A stretch of DNA of 63,624 nucleotides, the filler included. It is 17 parts of 17 records of this genome, joined end to end, with 100 filler letters (N's around TTAATTAATTAA, not from the genome) between each part and the next. Parts side by side here need not be neighbours in the genome. Positions count along the whole stretch, not along the records: positions 25,597 to 27,649 come from SRR9670534_577; positions 27,750 to 30,596 come from SRR9670534_578; positions 30,697 to 33,829 come from SRR9670534_579; positions 33,930 to 37,472 come from SRR9670534_583; positions 37,573 to 41,717 come from SRR9670534_586; 12 more parts are not named here. The stretch is one strand, 5' to 3'. The first letter of the stretch is position 1; every line of letters begins with the position of its first letter. Positions 27,142 to 41,075 of this stretch are shown here, one piece after another. Made by a program: the position numbers and the translations under genes. The notes under the pieces were generated by a model that was not told where the DNA came from, made no database searches, and was given only the letters and a program-made list of their open reading frames with translations.

Positions 27142-27793
27142 TATTATTATTACAGTAGTTAGGTAATAATAATAACTAGACATACTAGTTATAGCGGCTA
27201 TAATTATAATATATTATAATCTAGGTACACTTTCCGATTTGGCAAACACCATAGTTTCTTTTCATAGGCACCAGAGACTCTGGTCCAGAGTTAATGTAAA
27301 CTTATAGTTCTATAGTACAATAAATCAATATAATGCAATATGAAACCATTTTTACTCCAAGTCAGAAATGAAATAGGTAATTATTAATCATATAGCTATA
27401 ATATTGTAATAACAAACACATTTTCTGGTTATTAATCACATTAGAATGGTTATGGTAATGGTACCCACATATGGCAGATCATATGCTGCATATGCCAATG
27501 GCGGTAAAACAGCAACACTAGTGCCAGAATTGACGTTGATGACAAAAGTGTAGTCCTACTAAACAATGTTATGCAAGATTGTTTATTAAATCAACAGGTA
27601 CTAAATAATTTAATTTTTTTTATTAATAAGGTTTTACACTCTAAAAAAGNNNNNNNNNNNNNNNNNNNNNNNNNNNNNNNNNNNNNNNNNNNNTTAATTA
27701 ATTAANNNNNNNNNNNNNNNNNNNNNNNNNNNNNNNNNNNNNNNNNNNNTTAAGTAAATTGTTTATAAGTCACACATCCGAAAGGGTACTTAC

Positions 27794-29413
27794 TTTTGCA
27801 CATACCCGATACCATATGTTTCATTGGCAATTTCTTGTACAAATGTCTTATACCAATCATAACAGATGTCGCTGTTAGCAATTACTTCTGCATGTTGTGT
27901 ATCAGCTACCATAATATGTTCATTAGTTAGGTATGCAAATTTGTCCAATCCTATTATATTACTTTCAATCATATCCCAGCGAAAAACGTCTCCACTGCAA
28001 TTACTTGACACCATCCACATAGGATACTCTAGCATAGTCACTACTGACAATTTTCTTGACCAAATCTGAAATCCATAAATTTTTCCATAGAAACCACCAG
28101 ACTCACTATCAACATCAAATCCATAGAATATTTCGAAGGATTGGTTATCGTTTGTCATAATAAAGTTCAAAAACTCATTTGGAAATTGATATCTCCAGGC
28201 TAGCACCTCTTGATTAAAAACAATGGCTTGAGATTTGGACAATATATCAACAGCAATGCAAATACTGTTTGAACGATTATTATAATATGTGTTGTCTGGC
28301 AGAGCAAATTTTAATCTTGAAGCTCCCAGTTCATCAACAATAATAGTAACATCATTGTAATTAATGAGAAACAACTGAATATTCATTAATATAGTAGATT
28401 TTTTAGCAATCATCGAAACAAGGGTCAGCATTTCTGTGTCTAATATTCGGGGATGAATAAACATAAAACATATGGTAAATTGTTTGCTTTCATTTATTAA
28501 GTCAATGCCTTCACTTGGCAGAAGTGAACTAACTGATGATGTTTCTGACATTCTGCAGAAATTTATCATTCTGATAGAAATGGTGCTTTCTATAAATATA
28601 GTATATTCAATATAGTATGTACTATAGCATTGTATAATAATATACAGTACCATTATAATACAATAGTACTGTAATAGTACTATTGTATTATAATAGTACT
28701 ATATATTATTATAATACAATAGTACTATTATAATACAATATTCTATAATAATATAGTACTTTACAAAAATATAGTACAATACATTATAATATTCTATAAT
28801 AATGTAGTATAATACTACATAATATTATATAATAATTATACTATATATATTATAATATATAGTGTAATACTATTAGTATTGTGTAATATAATATTGTATA
28901 TTAAATTCCTTATTAGCAATAATGTTTTACATAGTGTATACCATAGTGTATATGCATATAGACTATACACTATATAGACTATACAGTATAGTGAATGAGA
29001 CCTGTAGCTGTATATCCACCAAGACAAAAATTTCTATCATTACTTGCAGCATGAAACTGGCTTCTTGACAAGATATTTCTATCAGGATAATCTGTCCATA
29101 CACCATAGTTTGCTAAGTTATTAATAATAATAAGGCACACATTGCATTATAAAACTTACATTATTCTCTTACATGTCTAAAATTAACAATAGTAATGACT
29201 TACCATTAAGCATTCCATATATAGCAGCAGTAACCATGACAATGAGTCCTAAGAGAGGGAGTCCTGCACCAAATATTATCAATGCACGAGGTTTACTTGC
29301 TGGAGGCTAATATTGCTAAAATTGTTATTATTAAAAGAATAAATTAGTTAAACAATTAATTGTTTATATAAATTGATTTTTCTTACATCAGCTGAATTTC
29401 TTCTTACTTTCAT
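27794..29413 (-). CDS. Type II membrane protein with pentraxin/LamG-like domain, 3' partial
   Basis: In-frame exons: MKVRRNSAD | PPASKPRALIIFGAGLPLLGLIVMVTAAIYGMLN | ANYGVWTDY...GGYTAT | ESTISIRM... The large exon contains FTICFMF and FYGKIYGFQIWSRKLS...NCSGDVFRWD, which resembles a pentraxin C-terminus. Confidence 0.6.
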
Positions 29414-30735
29414 ACTGGCAGTTAAAGCTGTTAAAATTGTCATTATTATTAATTTATTATTTATTATTATTGATTAATAAAGAATTGAGTTATTATTATT
29501 AATAAGCCATTAATTATTTATATTAATAACTGATTTAATAATTTTTTTAATTCAGTATTCAGCCAAATTTGGATCACTTAATTGGCACATGCCTGTAGCT
29601 CAAACCTTGATTAGGCTTATTAGTGTTATTATTAATAATAACAATAAGCAATACCAAATTTAAATGAATGAGTGTTTATTATAAAAATGGCAATCCTAAA
29701 TATCTACTACATAATTATTTTTTAGTAAGATTAAAAAAAAATTGCGTTGTGCAGCTGCAAACTAATAAAATTGCAAACTTTTTAATACTTTTCAAGTTCA
29801 TAATATGAACTTCATATGTTATTATTAATAACTTGATATATTATATTTTTCAAAATATTGGATATTTCACCTAAAAGAAGTCTATTATTTAAACGGGCAA
29901 GATAATGTGAGTCTGATATTTCAAATATTATACTTGAAATCTGATGAAGCCAAATGTTTGAGCAAAAGTGAATAATTTAAAATTATTATTCTTAAGATTA
30001 ATAATAATCCACTAATGCAAGGAACACATTTTATTGATGTATTTCAGAATGAAATTATTATTCGTATTATACAAATCGACTATTAATAAAGGCTAAAAAG
30101 TATTAAAGACGAACTCATAAAAGATGTTATGTATGTTTATTATTAGCACAATTACATGACAAGTCAAGTAATGATAATAATAATGCAAATAATGTCAATA
30201 AAATAATTGAAAATTCATGTTGTTATTTACAAATGGAAAAAGTACTTACAAGTTAGTAAGCCTTTGTGAATCGTGGATTGTGATGACATTTTATATGATT
30301 AACGTTTTATATGATAACAAAGTACCAGAAGACGTACGATAGTGACAAAGACCAGAATTTTACAAAATCAAAAAGACAAACTATGTCAAAAAAAGAATAT
30401 GTGCTTCGCAAATAACATTGAAATCTAAAAAAATAAGGGCATCACATAATGTGATAGATTTAATAAGCATTTGTGTACAATTGAATTAGTTAGACACAGA
30501 CTAAGTCACAGAGTGCAACATAACTTTTTACTTGTTCTGTTAGTAGCGTAGATGCAGAAGGGTGACAGCATAGTGCAATAGAACATTGATTTTTGGNNNN
30601 NNNNNNNNNNNNNNNNNNNNNNNNNNNNNNNNNNNNNNNNTTAATTAATTAANNNNNNNNNNNNNNNNNNNNNNNNNNNNNNNNNNNNNNNNNNNNTTTT
30701 TTAAAAGTAAGTTTGAATGAAACATCTTTCTTTAG

Positions 30736-31925
30736 AGCAAGATGGCATTCCACAAACACCAACTGTTTCTTCCAAAAGAGTACATACTGCTAAGGATATA
30801 ATGGATTGTGTTTACCATGGCATGAAGAGTAGAACACAAGATTCCACGTTAATTCACGCACATTCTAGTAGATCTCATTTGATTGTCACATTGACATTAA
30901 ATACATTCTTGTCTCCAAATGCCTTGGAACAGTTTACTATGGGAAGAACTTCCAGCTCATCGAGAGCTCATAGTCCAGGTATGGCGACATCTATAGCTGT
31001 CAATTTAATTTAAATATAAAAATATTCAAATATCGGAATTTTGAAGTTTTATTAAACCTTAGATACTTAATCAATCTTTGATGGCGACATCTTTTATTTT
31101 AGCTTCCATTCTCTGGGAGAGAAGAAGTGGAAGATATTCCTCAAGTTCTTCCACAACACCTAGATCCCCCAGACTATCACCAGCCCCTTCCAGTCCAACA
31201 CCCTTAAATCATCATCATAATAGTAGTGCTATTCCAGTGATAAGAACGAAATTGCAGCTAGTGGATTTGGCTGGCAGTGAATGCGTAGCAATGTCTGGGG
31301 CTACTGGGTCGAAATTGACGGAAACTGGCTTTATTAATAAAAGGTTTCTAAAAAATACTTTTTTGAACAAATTTGAATCTATAATAATGTATATTTTAGT
31401 TTATCCGCCTTGGCAGACGTTTTGGGAGCCTTAGCTGAGAAAAGATCTCATATTCCGTACAGAAACGCACGCCTTACGCACTACCTACAAGACGCCATTG
31501 GCGGTGACGCAAAAATGTTTCTCATTCTATGCATTTCACCGGCACTACGCTACATCTCCGAATCAAACCAATGTCTCCAATTTGGACAACGGGCAAGACA
31601 GGTTGAAAGGGGACCTGCAAAGAAGCGAAGCACAGTTAATGCTGTGTTACAAGGTAAGGTAAAATATCCCACGATACGGAGACCTCTGTTAGTACAACCG
31701 TAGCCAAAAACAGACGGCAACCTAATTATCTAAATATGCGACTTTATGTAAATTTATGCAACGGCGACCTCTGTTAGTACTACCATAGTCAAAAACAGAC
31801 GGCAACCTAATTATGTTAATTAATATGCAACTTTATGTAAATTTATGCAAAGTAGAAAAGATATATTTCACACAGGCAATGTTACACCAGTACCAAAGTA
31901 CACAAGGAACATTAGTTGGACATAA
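30736..31925 (+). CDS. KIF25: Kinesin-14 family KIF25-like motor, 3' part
   Basis: HAHSSRSHLIVTL, KLQLVDLAGSECV, SLSALADVLGALAEKRSHIPYRNARLTHYLQDAIGGDAKM and FGQRARQVERGP. The SEC, GGDAK and RGP motifs are typical of KIF25. The final exon (GNVTPVPK...WT*) is tentative. Confidence 0.88.
31676..31850. repeat. ~85-bp tandem duplication in the last KIF25 intron
   Basis: acgg(a/c)gacctctgttagtac...aaaaacagacggcaacctaattat...actttatgtaaatttatgcaa occurs twice. Confidence 0.85.
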
Positions 31926-32929
31926 TATATCGATATACTCATTACTGTTTCAATAATATGACATAATCAATGCATGTTACGTAATATCTGCATGTTTAAG
32001 GAGATGGAACCTTGCTTACTGCACGAAGTTGTTCACTTTCACCAAAGTTGGGCAGTCCCAGATTTAAGTTTCAATAATAAATGTTATACATATCTATTAT
32101 TATGTATTAAAATATATTTTCAAATTTTCATTGTGTCATGATGGTGTCACTGTCCTGTCACACTTTGTCACTTTCTCTAAATATTTTCACTTCACAGTGA
32201 TCTTCCTCTATTTTCTTTTATAAATTTCCTCAGATTTTCATTATATTTTTATGGTATTTTTTAATTAGGAGAAAATGAGCCTGGTGGAAACATTGAATGA
32301 TTTCCTTTATCATTTATTTTTCTGAGAAAAAAATTCCTTTTTAATAATAAGTATATCTTGATCAGTAAATATTTGTTCTTTTGTGATGTTTTTTATTTTG
32401 TGAAATTTGTAGATTATTGTTTGTTCAGTTAGAATATTTATTTTTAAAGAAATCAATAAATTTTTTCAGTGCTTTTTAATACTTAATATTATATAATATA
32501 TTATATTACCACAATATTATTATGTAATTATGTATAAACTATTTGTATATTGCATAATATAGTATATATTAGAGTATATAATATAGTAAATATTTAATAT
32601 GTTAACTTTATTAACTATATCATCAATGATTCATCATGTAATATAATATTGTATATTAGAAATGTACTTTATTAACATTTTATATTGTAATACTGTATAA
32701 TATATCATCAGTACCATTTAGTACTACATGGGCTGACTAGTTTGAATAAATTAAAATTTAATATTATATAAATTTCATTCCAATCAAATTCAAAAATAAT
32801 TGAATAAAATTTTTAATTTGATTTAAAATAGTAAGCGTTATAGCAACAAAAAACGCTCTTTTATCAAATTATTTTTTTTGGAATAACAAAAAACTTGACT
32901 TTTACAACACAATATAACTTTTTGCAAGA

Positions 32930-33829
32930 ATGGATTTATTTTTTGAAGAAGAAAACAAAAAGACAGTTAAAAAGGGATTAGACGTTTTGTATGCCTACAC
33001 CAATCGTTTCTCACCAGCGTTTGAATTTTTTACAAGCGAAGAGTGCGTAAACAAAGACCGTCACGGTGAACTCCACTCGACTATGGTAGCGATGTACAAA
33101 TATCTGAGATTTGCTGAACTACAATTTCGAGCAGCACAGATGGAAATAGAAAACTACCAAGAAGGTGCAAAACTCGCTATTTACCAAGTGATGAGACAAG
33201 CATTGTTGGCTGTATACAATGGCTTTTGTGAAATTGGTATTGCCTTCGTTAAGGGCATAGAAGAGGAAAAGTTAATTCCGGAAGATTTTTCGTACATAAA
33301 TCAGAAAGTAAAGGGAAAACACATTGCCAGATTTTACTTGATGAAGTACCATCTATTTGACGCTGACATTTATGACGAGTTTCGTTGGCTAGAAGGCAAA
33401 TACTTATACATCACCATTCCTTGGCTAAATTATCTACTTTTGAACGTTAACTCACCATGGGAAGCTCGTGATGGGGATGAGTGGCTTAGACAAGAAATTC
33501 TAGATGAAATTTGGGATAACTATTGGTGTAGTGAACTGCCAGGGTTCGCCGAAAGTCAAACTGAAATGGAGGTTTATAAACAGGAAATTGCTGGCATTCA
33601 CCAAAGTTTGAAGAACTTTGTTAGATCTTCACTTGGTGACCGTTTTAAAGAAGTTTGGAAGATCGTTGCTTTGGCGAAGATATTCCTTGAAAATTTACAC
33701 TATAAGTTAATTGGTGATGGAAATCTTGTTGACGGGACAAGGTTTCAATACAAAAAGATCCCCATTGGGCCCGATCGTGTGAATACCCTCCTTGGTGATC
33801 ATGAAGTTCGTGAATTTCTTGGCTCGGAC
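32930..33829 (+). CDS. Orphan intronless ORF, >=300 aa, truncated by contig end
   Basis: 900-nt stop-free frame starting at ATG, GC- and CpG-richer than its flanks. No recognisable domain. Confidence 0.7.
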
Positions 33830-34010
33830 NNNNNNNNNNNNNNNNNNNNNNNNNNNNNNNNNNNNNNNNNNNNTTAATTAATTAANNNNNNNNNNNNNNN
33901 NNNNNNNNNNNNNNNNNNNNNNNNNNNNNCTATAGTACTACTATAGTATACCATCTTTTCTCGGTAAACTATTTTTACGTATGCCCTACACCATATTTAC
34001 ATTTTAATAG

Positions 34011-34283
34011 GCAACTATATACGTAACGAACAATATAACGACAGCAAGTCTTGAATTATCATGTGAAGACTGCATTGAAAATACATGTGAAACTGCTAAT
34101 GGACTAACAAAATGCTATGGAATATGTTGTGATGATGTTGATAATTGCAATTTACCAAATACCGACGATTTTGGCAACTTATATGATTTACTGATTGCAG
34201 AGCTTGAATCCAACACATCAAGTGTTGTATCTACTATATGGTATGTCACGATTCTACTTTATTTTCTTATTTTGTATGGCTAA
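34011..34283 (+). CDS. Terminal exon of a Ly6/uPAR (three-finger)-like, probably GPI-anchored protein
   Basis: After acceptor ttaatag the frame reads ATIYV...LSCEDCIENTCETANGLTKCYGICCDDVDNCN...SVVSTIWYVTILLYFLILYG*. It has the CC-x-D-x-CN signature and a hydrophobic C-terminal tail. Absent from the ORF track. Confidence 0.65.
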   Translation, partial: ATIYVTNNITTASLELSCEDCIENTCETANGLTKCYGICCDDVDNCNLPNTDDFGNLYDLLIAELESNTSSVVSTIWYVTILLYFLILYG

Positions 34284-36842
34284 TGCCATTCTCCGTGAAT
34301 GATATTATTTTTAATAATAATAACAATAAGATTTTTGTTTATTAATATGATGATTTGTATTAATAACTGCATTCAACACTACCCAATTATTAATAATAAC
34401 CATAACTGCCAGTAATTACAATATATGATATGACACATTGAAGACATATGTTCAACAAGTTTTGTTATCATTTTACATGTATTTCCATGTTGATTGTATC
34501 ATACATAGTAGGCCTATGTAACATAGGCTATGTTCTCTAATCATGATAGCAACTGTTTATTATGAACTATCTCATTGCCGTATATTATTCATATGTACAT
34601 GCTTTGCTTGCTCTATAAATTAGCTCTATTCCAACACACCTAGTACAATATATCTGTTGGACCTGTCATTCTATTTTTCAATAAAAAATACGTAAAGATG
34701 TCACTGTTGTAAATATAAAGCAATGGCGCGAAATAGGTTACCTGCCTATTGAGGCTTATAACCCATGAATGGAAGATCAGGAAAGTCAGCAAATTTCAAA
34801 GTACACTTCCAAAAAACAAGGGAATGTCTCTGCCAAATCTTGGGCTCCAACGATGAACGGTGCCATCTTTTTGCTAGTCTAGTAAATTTCTTAAAAGATA
34901 CTGTTAGATTCATGAAATCTACCAGAAACCAATTAATAACAAGAATGATACCTAATATTTTGATTTCAAAACGATTTTCATTTTAAAATAAAATTGTTTT
35001 TATTTTTACCGGATTTTTTTCTTTAGCATAATAAGCACTACCATAATTGGTGTTGTTATTATTAATATAATAAGCACAATAAGTATTATCATCATTATTA
35101 ATAATAATAATAAAGTCTAATTTTATTCTATAGGTATTGCTACAAATTGTACACAATATTTATAAAATGAATTACTGCTTAGCATACTATTGTAATACCT
35201 ATAGGTAGGTATATAATACTCGAATAGGTTGTCTGAGACTCAGACTTAGTGATAACATGTTATCTCACTTACATTGTTAGTAGAGAGAAGTAAACAAGTT
35301 GTAATAATATTATAAATATATGTTTCCGTGTTATTTTGCTAATAAATAAAAGTTCTATGAAAATGAAATGCAGCAATATGTTCTCCTTATTAGTATATAT
35401 TTCTAATAGAAATACCAAATGAATCTTGGCTTGTACTTGACTCTGTGACATATGATAGTATACTATTATAATAATAGTAGCGATACATACTGAAATACAA
35501 TAAATATGTACATATACAATATTATATTGTACATATAATAATAATAATAAATTATAAATGTGTTTTTGCTGGAACCATTACTATTACCATTATATTTACC
35601 AACAATGACAATGAAACCAACAGCAAGTGAATGGGCTTTCCAATGGTGGTATGTAACATACCGTATGTTATTACAAGTTCTAATATTAGATTTTTGCTTT
35701 TAATTAAATTAGAATTTCCGAAAATATTGAGACTATCCCATAGGAAAATATGTGATTTTTTGCAAAGATTATTGTCATAATTAATATAAATATTGCACAG
35801 ACTGAACTAAAAGATAGGTGCTAATGATGGTGGAAAGATCCCATTTGAACTCTACGCATACCCCATAATCCTGCTTTTCACGCAAACCATGGTATTATAT
35901 TATTTATTATTAAACTGGCATCTTCCTACCCTTAGTTTCAAACTATAATAATAGTCTGTCAAATAGGCATGGTGATGATGATGATGTTATTATCATATAT
36001 GATTAATTTGATAAATAAATTATTATCATTATAATGATTAATTTATTCATTTATTAAATGACTTCTAGTTGCATTAAATCTATAGATCGATTATATAAAC
36101 TATCTACTGCAACTAAGGTGATAACTAGGTTACCCCTTATTAACAAAGTCGAAATAGTAATAGACACATAGTTGTTGTTGTTTACTAGACCACCTATGCC
36201 ATAATTAAATAGCTGTCAGGTATAGTCTAATATAAGATACAATCGTACATTGTGAATAAAAAATCGATAGTAAAAGAAAGAATAGGTATAATAAAGATGA
36301 ATGCTAATGTAGTAATAATTATCATATTCATGTAAATTACGCATTCAAATTGTCTTAATATAACTACAATATTGCCACTCTTTCGATTACAATAGTAGGC
36401 TATATAAAATCAGCCAATAGGGTACTATTGACTTAGTACCAATAATTAAATGTATTGCATATAAGCAATGTTGTGGCTTTATTGTGTTGCTATTGTTAGG
36501 AGCTAATACCTCCATAGGATAGGCCCTACTATTTCAATTATGTATTAATAATTATTATAATTACAGCACTTACAATTATTACTTTACCTATACCTGCGTT
36601 GGCATTTAGGCTATGCCTACTTGTTTTGTGTTCACTGTGGCAAAGTTTACATAACGTATTTACATTGTACTATTGAGTCAAAACATAGCAACGTCCCAGT
36701 AGTCACACTTGTCAATAATATGGACTACTAGGACTGCTGGAACGTTGCTATGTTCTTAAGAAATATTAACTGCAGGAGATCAATGCGAAAATAAAAGATT
36801 CATATTGTTGATTGGAAATACCATCCATCCTCATTAGTAGAC

Positions 36843-37316
36843 ATGAAGAGTAAACTGCTTACAATAATAATCTGTCTTCTTTATTTTGAAAATGAACTTG
36901 TTCAATGTTTCCAGAAAATAAGTGCTCCAGAATCAGTGCGATACCATAGTAAAAGATCGAAAAGGAGTACAACATCAGCTTTCACATCTGATCAGCAGAA
37001 TTACATTGTAGATCTTCATAATACTTACAGAAAAAATGCAGAACCTGCACAATCCTCCATATTACATATGGAATGGAGTGATGATTTGGGCACAATGGCC
37101 CAAGCTTGGGCCGACAATTGTGAATGGGCACATGGAAATATTGATGACGTTGGTGATTACTCTGCTGATGGAGTAGGACAAAACCTATGGGGAGGCAGTA
37201 TTGGCTATTATGATTTAAAATCATCTTCAGTTGTTTCTTGGTACAATGAATATGTGAATTATAACCTGGAGGATGACACTTGTGCCGATGGAAAAGTTTG
37301 TGGTCATTACACACAG
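36843..37316 (+). CDS. Secreted CAP/SCP-domain protein (PI15/PI16/CRISPLD-like), first coding exon
   Basis: Signal peptide, furin-like RSKR, DLHNTYR, MEWSDDL...AQAWADNC, VGQNL, WYNE and CGHYTQ|gt donor. Confidence 0.9.
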
Positions 37317-37572
37317 GTAAATCAGTATCAATATGCAGTTTTTAAAAGTTTGTAAATGGTTTGTAATACAATAATAATCTTGGCATTGATTTGTTTGTGA
37401 CCATCACTGTGGTTTACTAGGGTGTCCCAAAAAAAAGTTTTTTTTGCAAGTTAACCTGAAATCAAACTTTTCNNNNNNNNNNNNNNNNNNNNNNNNNNNN
37501 NNNNNNNNNNNNNNNNTTAATTAATTAANNNNNNNNNNNNNNNNNNNNNNNNNNNNNNNNNNNNNNNNNNNN

Positions 37573-40521
37573 ATACCAAACATTTTGGTGCACCCTGTAC
37601 TTTCACCAAATGTTTTAGTGTCTGATTGGAGAAAGAACTTACAAATTGGTAACTTTGACAAGCCTCTTACTGTTGATGAACTTGTAGAATACATGTCTGA
37701 TATGAATTGCCAAACAAGACTTAAAGCTGTTGCTGCATGTTCTTTAGCAGCTAAAAAATTTGAACATGCTCGAAAACTTATGCAGAAAAGGTCTCCTACC
37801 AAATTATCTGGTTTCTCTATTGGAAAAAAGAATAAATTCTTAAGCTCTGAAAAGAGCGAACTAGCAATTCCTGAGAAAGTTCGGGTTGGCCTTGAATGTT
37901 TGTTAAAAGATCCAGTTGATGATGTCAGATTCGCAGCTGCGTTAACACTTTTTTCACTACATATTCAATCTAGTGAGGTTAGATGTCGCTTATATTAATG
38001 CTCAACATTTGGTATACCATAAGTATACCTATGCAAACATACACATCCTAACGTTTTAGGCTGAAAACGAACTAAAGAATGCAATCGTAGATGATCATTC
38101 AACATTCAAATGGACTGCAACACTTTGTCTTGCAAAGCATGGCATTTGTGACTCTGTTGTTGTTGACGAATTAATAACAAAATTGATTTATTCCGATGAC
38201 GCAATTACTCGAGAACAAGCTGCAATCACTTTAACAGAGCTTAGTCAAATTTCGGTATGCTAAATTGCCAATAATAATGGTGCCATATTAGCTACATATG
38301 TAGTTTTGAGATCATTTCAGGTGCCACTGAAACAGAAATTAATTATTAATTATGTCACTTGTCTATTTCAATTACGTCATTATAATTATTATTATATTAC
38401 ATGTATTAGTTTATTATTACTAATAATAGCATAATAATCACAGCAGTGGTTTTTACTTATAAAGGAGATAAAAGATAATAGTGACTATTTTACAAAAGAA
38501 ATGGTAAGACAAGTCCCTTATCACGTGCAAAATTATAACATTTTCACATGTAAAATTAATTTTAGTTTTCCAATCATCTATTACACTATTATATCATAAA
38601 AATATTACACTGATATTATAAAAATCAGCACATTAATTTTTTCTCATTAATCTTTATTCCATTTTCACCAAAATATTTATTCTTTATGCAACAAAATATA
38701 CAACTTTTATTATTATTAATAATAATTATTACAACTAACATTTTGTTTTCCTTGTTTGGCTTTTTGATGGTACCTAAAATGAATGAGGAACTTATAAGGA
38801 GGTCGTATATTTTGTAGAACAAGTGCCCTGATCTACAATAGTAGGCCTACTTACAACTTTGTGACGTAAACGCTGTGTGCTAAAGCTCATCTACACATTT
38901 CAATCCCTATTTTTCTTTAAATATTGGGTATAGGAAATTTATTATTAATAGTTCATCATTTAGTTATTGGTACCAGCAATGTTAGCAGAACAGCTCAATA
39001 ATAGCAGTTGGAAAAACAGAGTCATTGCATGTCAAACAATAGCAAGATTGCGCTGCAAATTAAATAGGGTATTCTACATTATTGTTTATTCATAACTATT
39101 GACATATAGGCCTAATCATTATTAATAATAATTATGATATTATTATTATTATTAACGACATTCTTGCGAATTTTTCAGGATATTGTAAATAAACTGATAA
39201 ATCTGATGTGGTATGATCTACATACAGAAGTAAGAAAGTCTGCTGCCAGAGCTCTTGGAAAGACTGGACATGGTCGGGAAGTGCATGATAAACTTAAGCT
39301 TGTCATCCAAACTGGAACTGAGAGAGAACAAGTAGAAGCCATCAGCAAAATAGGCCACCTTGGTAATTATTTTATTAGATTTGTATTTTTCATTTGGTTT
39401 ATTATTAATTAATAAATTCTGGTTACTAAGCAGATTATGTACTCTGTGTTGAACAGACAGACTGTATATTGTCCAGTACAATAGTTAACTAAAAACCATT
39501 GTAAAATAGATATAATGAGATTTATGTTATAAATAATTATAATTATTATTAATATTTATACCTATTTTATAATTATTTATCATTTATACCTATTTATAAT
39601 TATTTGTTATTATAATATACCTATGTTATTAAGGTATCATGACAGCAAAGCTTTTGCCCACATTTCTCTCCTGTTTCAAATCTGACTATTATGGTGTTCG
39701 ATTGGAATCATGTATAACTGCTGGCAATTTAGCCATCACTGATTCCAGGATTATTACTGAACTGATTAGAATGGTAACATACGATGGTGTTTGGAGAGTA
39801 AAGGCTTATGCTCTTCAAGGTAACTAATGTCACTTTTTTTATTAAAATATTAATGCGCCATAATTAATTAATATGATAGGATAATAAAGGTTGTGGCAAA
39901 ATTACCACTGACTATTACACTATTATGTACTATAGTAATACTCTAAAGGTGGTGGGGGCAAATTGCCACTGAAAATTAATTTATACACTATTACTAATGA
40001 TTTTATATCATAGCCTTGGCAAGAATATGCTCCACTGAACTCATTGAATCAACTGATAAGATCAATTATGATGAGGTGAGGAAATGCATTCTGTGGGCAG
40101 TAAGGTATGATGATCGACCAGAAGTTAGACTTGAAGCCTGTCACGCCCTCATGAAATTGAAGACATTTGATCAAGAAGTAATCAATGTTTTACAAGATCG
40201 AGCATTAGTTGAATCTAACATGGAAGTACTTGAGTAAGTATTGTTATTATTAATAATAAGTTAATATTTGTTATTAATAATGATGACAACTGCTGGTTGT
40301 ACAACATTTCATTGATTTTTAGACTAATTAACGATGTTTTAACAAAAAATGGTATTGTGGGTACTGAAGATGTTGGTTTACTAAATGCAATTAGGTCCAA
40401 AATTTATCAACTTGGATCAAAAGCCAATGTATATTGTAAAATTAATCAGAACGATGCTGAAAGTGACATGGAAAGAAGGATTAACCAAATGGTTGCAATA
40501 AATGGTAATGAAGAACAGTAA
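37573..40521 (+). CDS. HEATR4: HEAT repeat-containing protein 4-like, 5' partial
   Basis: Spliced exons give LNNSSWKNRVIAC, KLINLMWYDLHTEVRKSAARALG, GIMTAKLLPTFLSCF, DGVWRVKAYALQAL and ILWAVRYDDRPEVRLEAC, matching HEATR4 motifs. Confidence 0.85.
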
Positions 40522-41075
40522 ATGTCTAGGAAGAGCTCATTTAGGTTGACAATGACGTTTTTTTGATATTGATAATTACATACGCCAATTGGGTTACATA
40601 TATCATTATGCTGGTAAAGTTAGTTTTCTTATTACAAAACCACTGATTGGCATGTTTCAAATTATATGTACTATTGCATATATGACGATGAGTTATTGGA
40701 TATATTAAATATCGAGAAAAACCATCTTGTTGCAAGATTCTTGTAGTATAACAAATGTTACTATTTTTAAATAAAAGCAATAGTCTTCTTTATTATTATA
40801 TTATGTTATATATGATATACTTTACTTGTCCGAAATTAAATTTTCAACAGCTAGCAAGCTAAAAAGGATTGGTTATATAGCAGTTCTTCTATCTAGTGTT
40901 GGATTTGATTTCCTAATAAGTAGTTTTTTCCATTACTGTTATTGCTAGTCTTGCTGAAGATCATCCTCATTTTTATTATTATAACAAAAATGGTCGTGCA
41001 CCATGGCGCTGTAGGTATCATGTTCTTATATGCTTGATGGTCAACATATTGCTTGTCAACACTACGTTTATTAAT

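Noticed and set aside
29160-29176. Possible 17-nt microexon after a 27-nt intron in the pentraxin-like gene
   Set aside because: Inclusion gives an immediate TAA, while skipping keeps the frame.
37415-37472. TACTAGGGTGTCCCAAAA resembling a Tc1/mariner-type terminus
   Set aside because: Only one end is visible before the contig break; no partner TIR or TSD.
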